DNA of 64,000 bases from positions 5,766,001 to 5,830,000 of the forward strand of contig OZ287759.1 in NCBI GenBank assembly GCA_965649765.1. Reading direction: 5' to 3'. This document shows, piece after piece, positions 26,384 to 37,462 of the stretch (position 1 is the stretch's first letter; every line of letters starts with the position of its first letter). The notes under the pieces were generated by a model. The model did not search any database. It was given only the letters and a program-made list of their open reading frames with translations, and was not told where the DNA came from. The DNA is from Bispira polyomma. Its lineage: Eukaryota. The translations under genes were made by a program, and so were the position numbers.

Positions 26384-27727
26384 ATGTCTTGCAAGGATTT
26401 TATTAACCATACTACATTACATGGAATCAGAAATACAGCAGAAGCCACAAAACCATGCAGAGTTATTTGGGTTGTATGCATGCTGTTCTTGTTTGGACTG
26501 TATCTTAGCATCACTATCACGTCTATCCAGTCATACTTAAAGTATGAAAGTGTGACCAGTATATCCACCACTTACAAGGCATACCAGGAATTTCCAGGCG
26601 TCACAATTTGCAATGTTAATACGTTTCAAAAATCAGTAACAAGGAGTAAATATCCATCAGTTTGGGAATATTATGAAAAAGTTATGATGGGATCTCAAGG
26701 AACAGATTACAAGCTTCCTGATTTACTGCACAACATCACTTTTCTAGAGTATTACCAAAATGCTGCACAGACAGTTAAAGATGTATTTGTTAATTGTCTC
26801 AATAAACAGGCTTCCTTCAATTGTACACCATTCATTGATTCTCATTTTACCAATTATGGAATGTGTTATACATTTCACTCAAATACTTATGTCAAAGGCA
26901 ATGGTGCCATTAAGATATATAATTATGGTTTATCCAATTCTATTGCATTTGTACTCAATGCAGATCAAGAGCAATACTTTATTCCAAGAACCGATGCAGT
27001 GGGTTTCTTTGTATCAATCCACGATTCCTTTTACTACTCACAGATGGAAACTGATCTCATTCTGGCTTCTGTAGGTAAAGAAACCCACATTTCTCTCAAA
27101 AAGAATGTGATGCATAGATTGCCCAGACCATACTCTTCATTGGATTGTGTTGATACAAGTATCAAGGAAAACCTGGATTATTGTCAAACAACCTGCCTTT
27201 GGAAATGTTCAGAAAGAAAGATTTACAGGGATAGCTGTAACTGTACAATTTTTGGTTCTGATACTAAGAAGTGCTCCCTGTATGACCTTTATGGTTGTGC
27301 ATTTTTTGCAATGACAGAAACAAAGAGAAATATAAGTGATGTGGAAAGTTGTGGTTGTATGCCCCATTGTGATGAAACTACCTATTCCACAAAGGTGACA
27401 TCTGCTGAATTTCCCAATACACCTACAATGGAATACACATCTGTTGTTGGCCAATGGCCAAACAGAAATGAAAGTTACATCAAAGAGAATTATGCTAAAG
27501 TTGTCATCTACTTTGATACATTAGAAGAAACTGCTTACTACCAAAGGAAAGTGATATCTGAAAATCAGCTAGTTGCCGAGTTTGGGGGCTTGCTTGGGTT
27601 ATTTCTTGGTGCAAGTGTTGTGACACTTTTGGAATTAATAGAATTTGGACTTTTATCCTGTCTGACATCTGCAAAAGCAAAAGTGTGTAAGAGACAGGTG
27701 AAGGATGGTGGGCAGAAAACATATTGA
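26384..27727 (+). CDS. DEG/ENaC (amiloride-sensitive channel family) subunit, single-exon ORF, 447 aa, copy 1
   Basis: Pre-TM1 TTLHG gating motif, TM1 (RVIWVVCMLFLFGLYL), FPGVTICNVN, YGMCYTF, Cys-rich thumb (CQTTC…CNC…CGCMPHC), and TM2 with GAS filter (AEFGGLLGLFLGASVVTLLE). A at -3 of ATG; AATAAA at 27931. Confidence 0.95.
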   Translation: MSCKDFINHTTLHGIRNTAEATKPCRVIWVVCMLFLFGLYLSITITSIQSYLKYESVTSISTTYKAYQEFPGVTICNVNTFQKSVTRSKYPSVWEYYEKVMMGSQGTDYKLPDLLHNITFLEYYQNAAQTVKDVFVNCLNKQASFNCTPFIDSHFTNYGMCYTFHSNTYVKGNGAIKIYNYGLSNSIAFVLNADQEQYFIPRTDAVGFFVSIHDSFYYSQMETDLILASVGKETHISLKKNVMHRLPRPYSSLDCVDTSIKENLDYCQTTCLWKCSERKIYRDSCNCTIFGSDTKKCSLYDLYGCAFFAMTETKRNISDVESCGCMPHCDETTYSTKVTSAEFPNTPTMEYTSVVGQWPNRNESYIKENYAKVVIYFDTLEETAYYQRKVISENQLVAEFGGLLGLFLGASVVTLLELIEFGLLSCLTSAKAKVCKRQVKDGGQKTY

Positions 27728-28344
27728 TCACTTGTGAAAATTGTTTATACTTATAGATTGCACTAGTGATTCTGCATAAAATACTTCTGATTGATTAATC
27801 GAATAGTAAATGCTTGTGTGCACTTGTTTGAAATATTAATTGATGTTGTTTTAGATAGTTTTGTTTACAAACATTAAATTAATGTTTGTAGTATTTTAAA
27901 AAACACTGGTAAAGGCTATATTACATAAAAAATAAAAGGAATTTTGGAATAGTCAATTTTATAAATGGTTAAAATTTTACCTTTAAATTGACAGGATTTA
28001 TTTTTGATAATTTTTTTAGATGTATCTACATACTTGGAATATATCCTTGATATCTTCCTGATTAGTTTTAGTGTTGAGAGTCTTGATGGCAAATTTAAAA
28101 CACCAGTGTTTGTTTGCATCAGTGTGCGTTTCCCACAATTTCTTTAAAACTCAAAATTCTTAAAATCTACTGCAAATATACCTTTAATTATCTGTAGCTC
28201 TTAAGTACAACGGTAGGCCATTTACTTTAAAGCATGTAAAAATCATATAAAGGTCACCTTAACAAAATTACTAATGCTTGAATTTTTCCTATTTTTCCTG
28301 TACAAACTACTCTTTCTTTGAGAATAGTTTTTCTTCAAAAGTAG

Positions 28345-28520
28345 TGTTCTAGATAATTTGTTAATGTTAACGTGGATTATATACTCTAATCATGGTCATT
28401 TATGTGCAGTCTCTTTTTCGAGTATGTCAGCATCACTTTTATAACAACAATAAAATGTGTATCATTAGTTTATATATCAATGTTCACATTTTCACTATCT
28501 TCTATCTCATACCCTTAAAT
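28345..28520 (+). pseudogene. Highly decayed DEG/ENaC TM1-region relic (also ~41672-41847 and ~54989-55164)
   Basis: gtggattatatactctaatcatg…cagcatcacttttataacaacaataaaatgtgtatcattagttt matches gtggattatatattctcatcatg…cagcatcacctttataacaacagaatacaaggtgtatcatcagttt at ~23946-24050. Confidence 0.65.
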
Positions 28521-28983
28521 CTACAACATCTACACAAATGACCAACCAAGAAGTGAAGGTACCAGTCGTTTCATCTATGCAACCTTTGCATAACTGCCCA
28601 AGACAGTGACTTTTGTGTTGTTGAAGAAAGACTTTCAAATGCTTTCAACAAACCTTTATCTGGTATTCATAGCACTAAAACTTTTTCCGAAACAGAGATA
28701 CTTGACTATGACCACTTATCAAAACCGCTAAAGAATCTTGAGCCAGCAACTAGGGAATAGGACCAAGTGACAGAGGACCACCATCTGAAGTGTTTACCTG
28801 AACTACTAGGCACTAGCATATTATAGCCCGCTCTGGATTATGTAATCACCAGTGGTTCTCCAGCAGGGGTCTCACTCCGTGGGTTGCTTCTGGGTGTGTG
28901 CTGGTGACCTTGCATAATGTCTAACATGGACAGTAGGCCAGAGGCATTTAGGCCACCAAAGTTGGTCTGTAAAACGTTCAGTT

Positions 28984-29310
28984 AGCCTATGCTTCCTTTC
29001 GGCAAATTACGACATCGGCCGATCCGATCCAACATTGGGCAATGTTTTGCTTTGGATTTTGGTGGGACAAAAACACAGTAATCACAATAAAATAAGCTTT
29101 CTCGTGCCATTTTTAAAGTCAAAATCTGACGAATATTGAGTATATATAGGATGAAAACTATATCTATATCTTTGAGAATAGTGTATTTGTCCAGTTTTGA
29201 TTTAAAATCAGACAGTCCTCCTGATTTTTCCCTCCCTGACAGATAAAATATGTTGGCCAAACAGACGTCGGCTGATCTGATGCAAATCTGCTGAAAGGAA
29301 GCACTTGGTT
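28984..29310. mobile_element. MITE-like element with terminal inverted repeats (also ~42311-42637 and ~55628-55954)
   Basis: Left end agcctatgcttcctttcggcaaatt is an inverted repeat of right end aaatctgctgaaaggaagcacttggtt. Confidence 0.6.
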
Positions 29311-29734
29311 GTATTATGTAATGACGAAAAAAATCGGCTGAGAAAACCATGCTGAAAGGAAGTGTAGACTTGTGGTGGTGGTGACCAAACTGGCTGTATA
29401 ATCAATGGCTGTAGCAGCATGTGAGTTGTGGTCTGTGTTTGATACTGGCTACCTGTTATCTGTGTTTTCATAACATATCTACATAACTACAATATACATA
29501 ACTAAGTATATTAAATACATTTACTCAACTTTTACATAACTACAATATACAGCTAGTTACAGAACCACTAAATCGAATCATTATAGTAGTAACAAGTACC
29601 ATTAAACTGTAACACAAATAATAATAAAAATTCATAGAAAAGAGGTCACAGTGAATATAACAGTTAATACAAAAGCATAAAACAAAATCTTTAATGAAAT
29701 ATTCCAAAATCCTAATTTTTTACCATAATTCATG

Positions 29735-31145
29735 AGCAGGTGCAAGACAAATATGTAACAAGTGGATTGACAAATAAAAAAGGCGAACACAGTATCATTT
29801 ATATTGACTTTTTTACAGCCTATATTTAACATGCAAAACTTTTGCAGAATATTACTATTTTCTTGCTTTTTACCAATGTTTTTGTGTATTTATTGGTAAA
29901 TATATTGCCTGATAGAACCTATAACAACTGTGTGTGAGTTCAGTTTTGGGTTCTTACGAACAAACTTATCTACTAGACAGCTAACAAAAGTTTCTATTTA
30001 CCCAACACTTTCCCAACTAAGGTTTAACTCTTTCGACGGGCCGCTATGGCCTAGTGGTTAGCAAGCATTGCGCTTCACAATCACTGGTCTCTCACCTCTG
30101 GGCGGCGTGAGTTCGAATCCCGTCGATGCCTATGTGGGAAAGGTGGTAGTTCCTTACTGTGGGCCGCTGGTTTCAGTGCAGAACCTTGACTGACTGTATG
30201 CAGTGTTTCCTCCAGCGTTTCCAAATACCCGTCCCAATATAACCTACTAAAAGGTACTAGAGTGGACGTTAAATATCCAAATTCAAAAAAAATTCAAAAA
30301 CCTTATCTCGGAGACCAATTATCCAGGGGCCTGTACATCCAAGCACTTAAGCACTTAAGCCAGCGAACACACTAAGTCTTGTTTAAGCCTTAGTTGGGTA
30401 AGTGTTGGGTAAATAGGAACCTTCGTTAATTGTCAGTTACTTTTGTTCGTAAAACCCCTAAAATTGAACCACAACTTGAACCCTGTGTTTGGGTATCAGT
30501 TAGGCAACATATTCACCAATATTTCAATGAAAACAATAGTGAAAACTTCTAAAAGCAAAAAAATGGTAATTATGCATTGTATTTTAGCTTTTATATTTAA
30601 AAATAGCCTGTAAAAATCAATATAAATATTGTTGGTTCGCCACCTTATTTGCCAATGCACTCGTACATATTTGTCATGATATCTGTCCTAAGATTTGTTG
30701 GGAGATGTGGATGTTTATGTATAGTTTAAAGTTCTAGATACATGATACACATAACTTAGTGTTATCCTAGATGGATCAATTACTCTGTGCACGACATATA
30801 AAAGCTTAATGTTTGTTAAATTGACCATAATTTCTACATTTATATTCTAACCACATCATATGGTGTCATAGAACCATACTGGTTAGACCTTTGTTTGGTT
30901 AGGTTTCAGTTAGTTCACCTTTAACAAAGGTCTAACTAATGTGGTTGTATGGCATCATTTGATGTGGTTATAATATAAATGTAGAAAATATGCCGCTTTT
31001 ATTAATCCATCTAGTGCAACAATAAGTTAAGTGTATCATATATATAGAATTTTTAAATATACGTAAAACACAATGTACTCATGAACATCTCCCAACAAAT
31101 CCTATGGCATATACGCCGACATATATGTACGAGTGCATTGGCCAT
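29735..31145. repeat. Two overlapping long imperfect palindromes (also ~43062-44472 and ~56379-57789)
   Basis: First arm pair ~29735-30028 / ~30383-30688; second arm pair ~30651-30895 / ~30923-31143. Confidence 0.85.
30038..30300 (+). mobile_element. Full-length tRNA-derived SINE (unit 1)
   Basis: A box tggcctagtgg, B box gttcgaatccc, A-rich tail. Same family as 10465. Confidence 0.92.
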
Positions 31146-31564
31146 ATAAACACGTGAACCAGTGTTAGTTTTATGGATTTTCATCAAGATGTTGCATCTT
31201 AGATTACGCGACAGAGAAAATCCAATCGTGAGGACAGCACTTTCTACCATCTCTTTATATCATTTTTAATTCATTTTTCGTACTTAATATTGTTTGGTAC
31301 TAAGTGTGTGTAGAGATTTTACCGTTACTGCTCCCCTGGGAAAACTTATATGCCTAGGCTCCTGAAATTTACAGGAAATGTTATTTATTACAAAAGCTTG
31401 CCTGGGAGTAATTTTGGCCTTATTTTGACAAACAAGATTGCCACCACTGGCGTTTCTTTGAAACTAATCAGGCTCTTAACTGTGTCTGTTTCTTAGCTGT
31501 AGAAGGTTGAATCTCTTTACGGATGATATGTTTAACGGATATATATGTCCTTTATAAACATGCA

Positions 31565-31950
31565 TACATTTGACCTTGAATCTCCTCATTCAAGGTCATC
31601 CATGTGCATCCAAGTGACCGATTTTGGCCATACTTTCCCTGGTGCCTATACCTCGCTTAATATTGGTCCTACAGATTTGTGATCTTAAAGAAACCTATAC
31701 AAAATCATGGGCTGGGAATCTTTTCATGTAGTCGGATTTGACCTTGGGCAACTCGTTCAAGGTCAAATACGAATGGCCAAACTTAAAAATGCCTATATCT
31801 CGCTTAAAATTGTCCTACAGGTGTGGGTTCTCTAACCAACCTATAGGAAATCATAATCAGGGAATTTTTTGATGTGGTCCAATTTGACCTGGCCTCTCGA
31901 TCAAGGTCAAACAGGGATGGCCAAACTTAAAAGTGCCTATATCTTACTTA
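31565..31950. repeat. ~146-168-bp tandem repeat (about 2.5 units) with tttgacctt…aaggtcaaa hairpins (also in units 2 and 3)
   Basis: Units begin at ~31568, ~31736 and ~31882. They resemble core repeats of non-autonomous Helitron-like elements (inference). Confidence 0.7.
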
Positions 31951-32179
31951 TCCACTCTAGTACCTGTTTAGGTTATATTGGGACGGGTAGTTGGAAACGC
32001 TGGAGGAAACACTGCATACAGTTGATCAAGGTTCTACACTGAAACCAGCAGCCCACAGTAAGGAACTACCACCTTTCCCACATGGGCATTGACGGGAGTT
32101 GAACTCACGCCGCCCAGAGGTGAGAGACCAGTGATTGTGAAGCGCAATGCTTGCTAACCACTAGGCCACAGTGGTCCCC
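31951..32179 (-). mobile_element. SINE in reverse orientation, tail missing (unit 1)
   Basis: Reverse complement of the family consensus. Confidence 0.92.
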
Positions 32180-32829
32180 GACGAGTATGTGAGCACATTG
32201 CCTTTGATCTAAGTTTAACGTTCTATAGTAGTGCCTTCTCCCATAACATTTTGGAAGCTCGGCAGTCATTGAAATTATGCTTTTTATAACCTTTCAGGCT
32301 ATTTGCTGCTCAAAACAGTTTCCTGGAAAAGGCATACCTATGCTCAGACAAACGAGAGTTAATGTTCTGTGCAAATATATTGACATCTGATGCATAAATA
32401 TACAGGGATAGATAGAGACAAAAAAAAGGTAACGCCTGGATTAACTTTGGTTTACTAAATTTTATTTCTTTGCAATTAGGCCTGGAACATAGAGGTGGGT
32501 ACTCTGTATTGAAGCTTGTGATGCACATGCGTTAGGTTTTTACACACATCACTATCTCTTGTTTGCAAACAGAAACCTGAAGAATTAAGTTTAGCTATAA
32601 TAGGATAGTAAACATTTAATTTCCAAGTAAATATGTATTTAAACTTGTGTTAATAATTTCACTCAACAAAATGGAAATCATCACCCAAGAAATGCATTTA
32701 AGCTAATATGAGATGGGAGATAGTGACAATGTGAACACTGTTATTGGTCTTTGAACTGTGACAAAGAGCCAACTGTGAACACACAAGTTTGCCTAGTGGC
32801 TGGGATGACCACTGTAAACTTACAAAGAT

Positions 32830-32915
32830 TCTTGCCTTTGCTGGGATTAGAACCGGGGCTCTTTGGATCTTAAGATTAGTAGTCCAGTACACTAATATTT
32901 GAGCTAAAGTGGAAA
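32830..32915 (-). mobile_element. Degenerate tRNA-like head of an older SINE (also in units 2 and 3)
   Basis: Minus strand reads ttagctcaaat… (A-box-like) and ggttctaatccc (B-box-like). Confidence 0.45.
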
Positions 32916-33684
32916 ACCTAGAAGCTTGAGTGTTTATGTGTAAATATACACGGATATTACACCACTTGAAATGGCGGTACTCTGTCACTGAGTACTATCT
33001 CCAGTGGCAGATTAATAAAATCCCGACGACATAGTTAAATGATCATCCTCAAGCACACCTCCGTGCCCATATAGTGGCTGCCCATGATGAAGCGTATTTG
33101 AAATGACCCTGTGTTGTATAAGTGCACAATAACAAATGTCCTATTTCATTTCAAAAGCAAATTCCAGTGAACCTTTCCAAAACATTTTGCCAAATTAATT
33201 TCCACTCTTACAGTAGGGGCATTTTATTGGGACGTCCTCAGGTTTTCGGGAAAAAGAATTGCTGTTGTTTGTTTGTGGCCGATTCTGTTTTTAGTACTCT
33301 TATAAAGCACTCCGGTTTCCCAAGCAGAATGCACATATGTCACATGATAAAGTGAAAAGACAGTTTGTGGATAAAAAAATACAATTTGAGAAAGAACAAT
33401 GTAAAACATATATACAATTACATCTTGATCACGTAATCAATTTTAAGAATACATGTTTAATGATACATTTAATTAGTACCAAAGTATTCAATAATAACAT
33501 ATAACTCATTACCTGTAAATTTATTATTTGTATCTCTTAATAGGATACAGTCACTCAAGATCACCATAATTTATCAAATGATTTTCACTGTACAAGTTAC
33601 ATATTTTTTGATTAACTAATTGACAGAGGAAGTTGTAACTAACATTGTATCTATTAATTTGAGATGGAAACTATGAGACTGGCT

Positions 33685-34480
33685 GATACAAATATTCAAC
33701 TACTTGCAGACTGTCTGTCCGCTGTCCAGGCGTGGATGAACTACTCCAAATTAAAACCTAACCCTGACAAAACGGAATTCATCCTCATAGGAAACAAGAA
33801 AAACAGTGAACTCCTAACATCTTTGTTTCCCATCTCCCAGCTGGGAAAAGACATACTACCTTCCAAAAAAAATTTATCTGTGGCTAATGCCCTTGTGAGC
33901 AGCCGCCTCGACTACTGCAACTCTCTTCTGCACGGAGCAAAAAAGTCACACATTAAAGCTCCAGTCTTTTCCAAACTACCTATGCAGGGTTATTTTTCGT
34001 CTGTTTTGTCGCAAAGATGTCACTCCTTACCTCAAAAAAAATTCCACTGGCTACCTATTTCATTCTCGTACTCATTCTCGTTCAAGATTCATGTTACCAC
34101 TTTTAAGGCTGTAGTCACTCGACAGCCCCCTACCTTGCTTCCTTTTTCTCCATCAGTAACCGTAAGAGAGACAACAGACTCTCTGTCTCCTTGGTCAGAC
34201 CCATCAGAAAGGTGGGATCCAGAGCATTCTCCACTACAGCTCCATTGTTATGGAACAGTCTCCCAGTTGACCTCAGATTAGTTGACATACTTATTGGTTT
34301 TAGGAAAAAGCTTAAAATCTATATTTTTTAACCTTGCCTACCCACCTTAACTTTCCTCATACACGTTCCCACTTCCTTCCTTACGACTTTGCCCTGTCCA
34401 TGGACTTAATCATTCTGCTGTTGCGCTTTAGAATATGCCTAACATCAATAAAGCACGTCAAAAATTAATCATAATAATAA
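33685..34480 (+). mobile_element. Internally deleted 3' fragment of an L2/CR1-group LINE (unit 1)
   Basis: WMNYSKLKPNPDKTEFILIG, ALVSSRLDYCNSLL and HWLP motifs. The 3' UTR matches the LINE end at ~2415-2460. Confidence 0.88.
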
Positions 34481-34644
34481 TTACATTATTAACGCAGACA
34501 TAAAAAGTTGTGTGCAGCATTCTTTATATTTACATTAGTATCACAGGAACAATACAAAGATGGTGGGCACTTGTTTTAGTTTTCATAAATATATTATTGA
34601 ATTTTAAGCCATCTATAGCCTGTAATTTTGTATAGTGTAATAAC

Positions 34645-34975
34645 TGATATTCATCAGGATTAAATTATACATTGTAATCGGCACTAAATCTATCACATAC
34701 GTTAAGCATCATATGTAATGAAGCTAATGTGGGGCTTAAAAGAATGATGTCACCAGCATAGCTAAAGCTGCCCATATATTTAATCCCAATATGACATCCA
34801 CAACCAGAATCTCTCACCTGAATTAGTAATTACTGAATTAGCAATTGATCTATATATATACAATGAAAAATAGTGAGGAGAGCACACCACCTTGATGTAC
34901 ACCATTACTTAATGTGCATGCGTTAGACAGACTATTACCCCATTTAACATAAAGGGGTCGGTGTGTGTACATATA
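34645..34975 (-). mobile_element. RT fragment of a different non-LTR clade, RTE/RTEX-like (also ~47972-48302 and ~61289-61619)
   Basis: VKWGNSLS…NGVHQGGVLSSLFFIVYI followed by GCHIGIKYMGSFSYAGDIILLSPT (degenerate YADD). Confidence 0.75.
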
Positions 34976-37161
34976 AATAAATAAAGAAAGAAATAAAAAA
35001 TCCACTGAACTAAGTTCAAAACAACCAAATACAATGACGTCGCAACAATAACGTTGTACAAACATTTGTATTTGCCTCCTTATTACCCAGAACAATACAT
35101 ACTAGCACATTATACAACAGGAAAGTGAACACCATATGATTTACTTACAGATAATGGATGTTATAACACTGGGAAGTAGGACACCAATAAATGTACCATG
35201 CTCTCTGTGCCTTAGAATTCATATATACATATATATATATATCACTTTAACAAACATTTGATCAGGCTGATTTGGCAATCTATGGCCCAGCAATTACTGG
35301 TCTGTGTGTATTTCTACAGTCATTTGAACAACATAACTAATCACTTGACCTGTGATATTGTCGAATCATTTCAAATCCCATTGGATTCTGTTTGACTGGA
35401 ACACATGTTTTGAACAATCTACAAACAGAGCTATTATATACATCCTATACAACAGAGAATAAAAAATATAAAATGATTAGGGGAGTATAAATATTATTCC
35501 AATGGCCAAAGAGTATCAAAAGCTTGTGGGCTGTCTCTAAATGTAACATGACATTCTCACATGAATTATTCTGTTAAGTGGTGGTGTGAAAAAAGAAAAA
35601 GAAATTATTGTTTTTCTCCTGTATTTCACATAAAACTAAATATGCCATATTTTCATAAGCTCATATAGTTATTAGATATTACTAAAATTATATATATAAA
35701 TGTGTTTCTATGTTTATATGTACAAAAATTTGAGTTTGCCTTTAACTTTTCTTTACCTTTTAATAAGCCCTACATTTCTCACATTAGTCATAAAAGTTGC
35801 TTTAATGATATAGTAGTATTCAGCAAACCTTCAACATGTACTGAATATAATATCTAGGTATCATTCAGACGGATGGCCATCACAAACACACCCACAGACA
35901 TCTTTTAAGCGATCAGTGACAGTAGGTTGCATCTTCGTTTGTTTACATAAGGAGCGCTTCGGAAGTTTTCGTTGATATTCATGTGCATTAGTCGGGCCAT
36001 CACAAAAGTGATTTTAGTGGGGAAGGGTGTGGAGGGGTATACATCTTGATTTGTTTTGGATTGACTCTTGTCAGTACCAGGCTGTGTTGGCTTGATGTGG
36101 CTCGTTTGCATTAGTGTCAATTAGTAGCAGTTAGGGAACATTCGCTGATGTTAGTGATGTATTAGTGGGTGCTTGTTATTATCGTTCATGTCTTCGTTTA
36201 TTATTAGTGGCCGTCACAGTTTGCTTTCAAACTCGCCTCACGTTAGTGATATACGTGGTGTAAAAACAGTCCGTTCATGGTGTAAGCTCCCGCAACGAAG
36301 GGTCACAGATGCACATCTAAATGAGACCAGGCCTTAATGCATACAACCAAAAAATGAAAATCAAATGAAAAATAAAGTTAAAACATATTAAATCCTCAAA
36401 AATGCGCCCTTAGTAAATACTGTGTTTTCAAGTGATATTTTACCTGAGAAAAAAATAACAAAAAAAATCCATTAAAATAGGCTCATTATTCTAGTTTAAA
36501 AATATGAATACAAATTTTCACTGGAAATGAATTAATTTTCACTCTATATTCAAGCTAGTTTTTAACCTTTTTTTTGTCCATCTATGCCCTTTGCCCATTT
36601 ATAGAATTGTATTGTTTTTCTACAATTGTTCGTCCAATTGCTAATGAAATATGTTTAAATAAAAAAGCAAACTCAAATAAATTCCCAGTGAAAATTTCCA
36701 ATACATACTCTATTTCTAAGATTTGTTATAAAGGCTATCGTAATGTGTAACACTTCACTGCTTATTTTATGAACAATGATTTAAGTGTGCAATTCTTTAA
36801 AAAAAAATCTTAAAACTTTTCAAAAACAGCATGGTATCACATGTTCACTTTACCGAAATTGATCTGCTGTGCTTGACCTAATCAGACATACATTTCAACT
36901 GTCATCGGGTTTATGACCAGTCAATGCTCAGACAGAATTGTATCAACAACAAAACATTACTACCAAAAATGTAGCAAATTAATGCAGAAAGATAAATAAG
37001 CATTACATCTAATTACTTTTCATTTCTTTTGCAAATTTGCTGGCGGTACTGTTGTCTTCTTATTCCATAACAGAAAGAAATAACTAAGTGTGAACACTGT
37101 GTGGCAAAAATGAAGTAAGTCTGCAAATTTTCTATTGTGAATTGATAGGATAAAATATGCC

Positions 37162-37409
37162 ATGGCTTTCAAAGAATTTATTAATAACACAACATTTTGC
37201 GGAATCAAAGGTACTACAGTGCCGCCACAAAATTCCAATGCATTTTTGAGATGCTTTGCTTGGTGTTGATGTGTGGATTATATATTCTCATCATGACATC
37301 TTCTTTGTGCAGTTGTTATTCAAGTTACAACAGCATCACCTTTATAACAACAGAATACAAGGTGTATCATCAGTTTTATGTCTGTATCTGCTTACACCTA
37401 AAAAATTAA
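37162..37409 (+). pseudogene. Decayed DEG/ENaC N-terminal fragment (unit 2)
   Basis: Copy of 23835-24082. Confidence 0.8.
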
Positions 37410-37411
37410 AA

Positions 37412-37462
<51 letters not shown>

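Larger units (their letters stand above)
23393..36719 (+). repeat. 13.3-kb tandem segmental repeat, unit 1 (13327 bp)
   Basis: gatttgttataaaggctatcg starts at 23393, 36720, 50047 and 63364. The ORF track repeats at the same offsets. Confidence 0.98.

Noticed and set aside
26281-27731. Overlapping short ORFs (96, 104, 81 and 75 aa) on or opposite the channel gene
   Set aside because: No recognisable motifs; these are shadow frames, repeated only because the whole unit is repeated.
33664-34281. 205-aa ORF as a second amplified host gene
   Set aside because: A chance fusion of frameshifted LINE ORF2 pieces, lacking the RT catalytic core.
35900-36340. Possible end of a Harbinger-like element (…gagaccaggccttaa, ttagtg-rich)
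   Set aside because: No matching opposite terminus found.
36700-36730. 13.3-kb unit as a giant Helitron (unit ends in CTAA)
   Set aside because: No 5' TC start, no GC-rich subterminal hairpin and no Rep/helicase. The unit start is continuous with older duplicated flank sequence.
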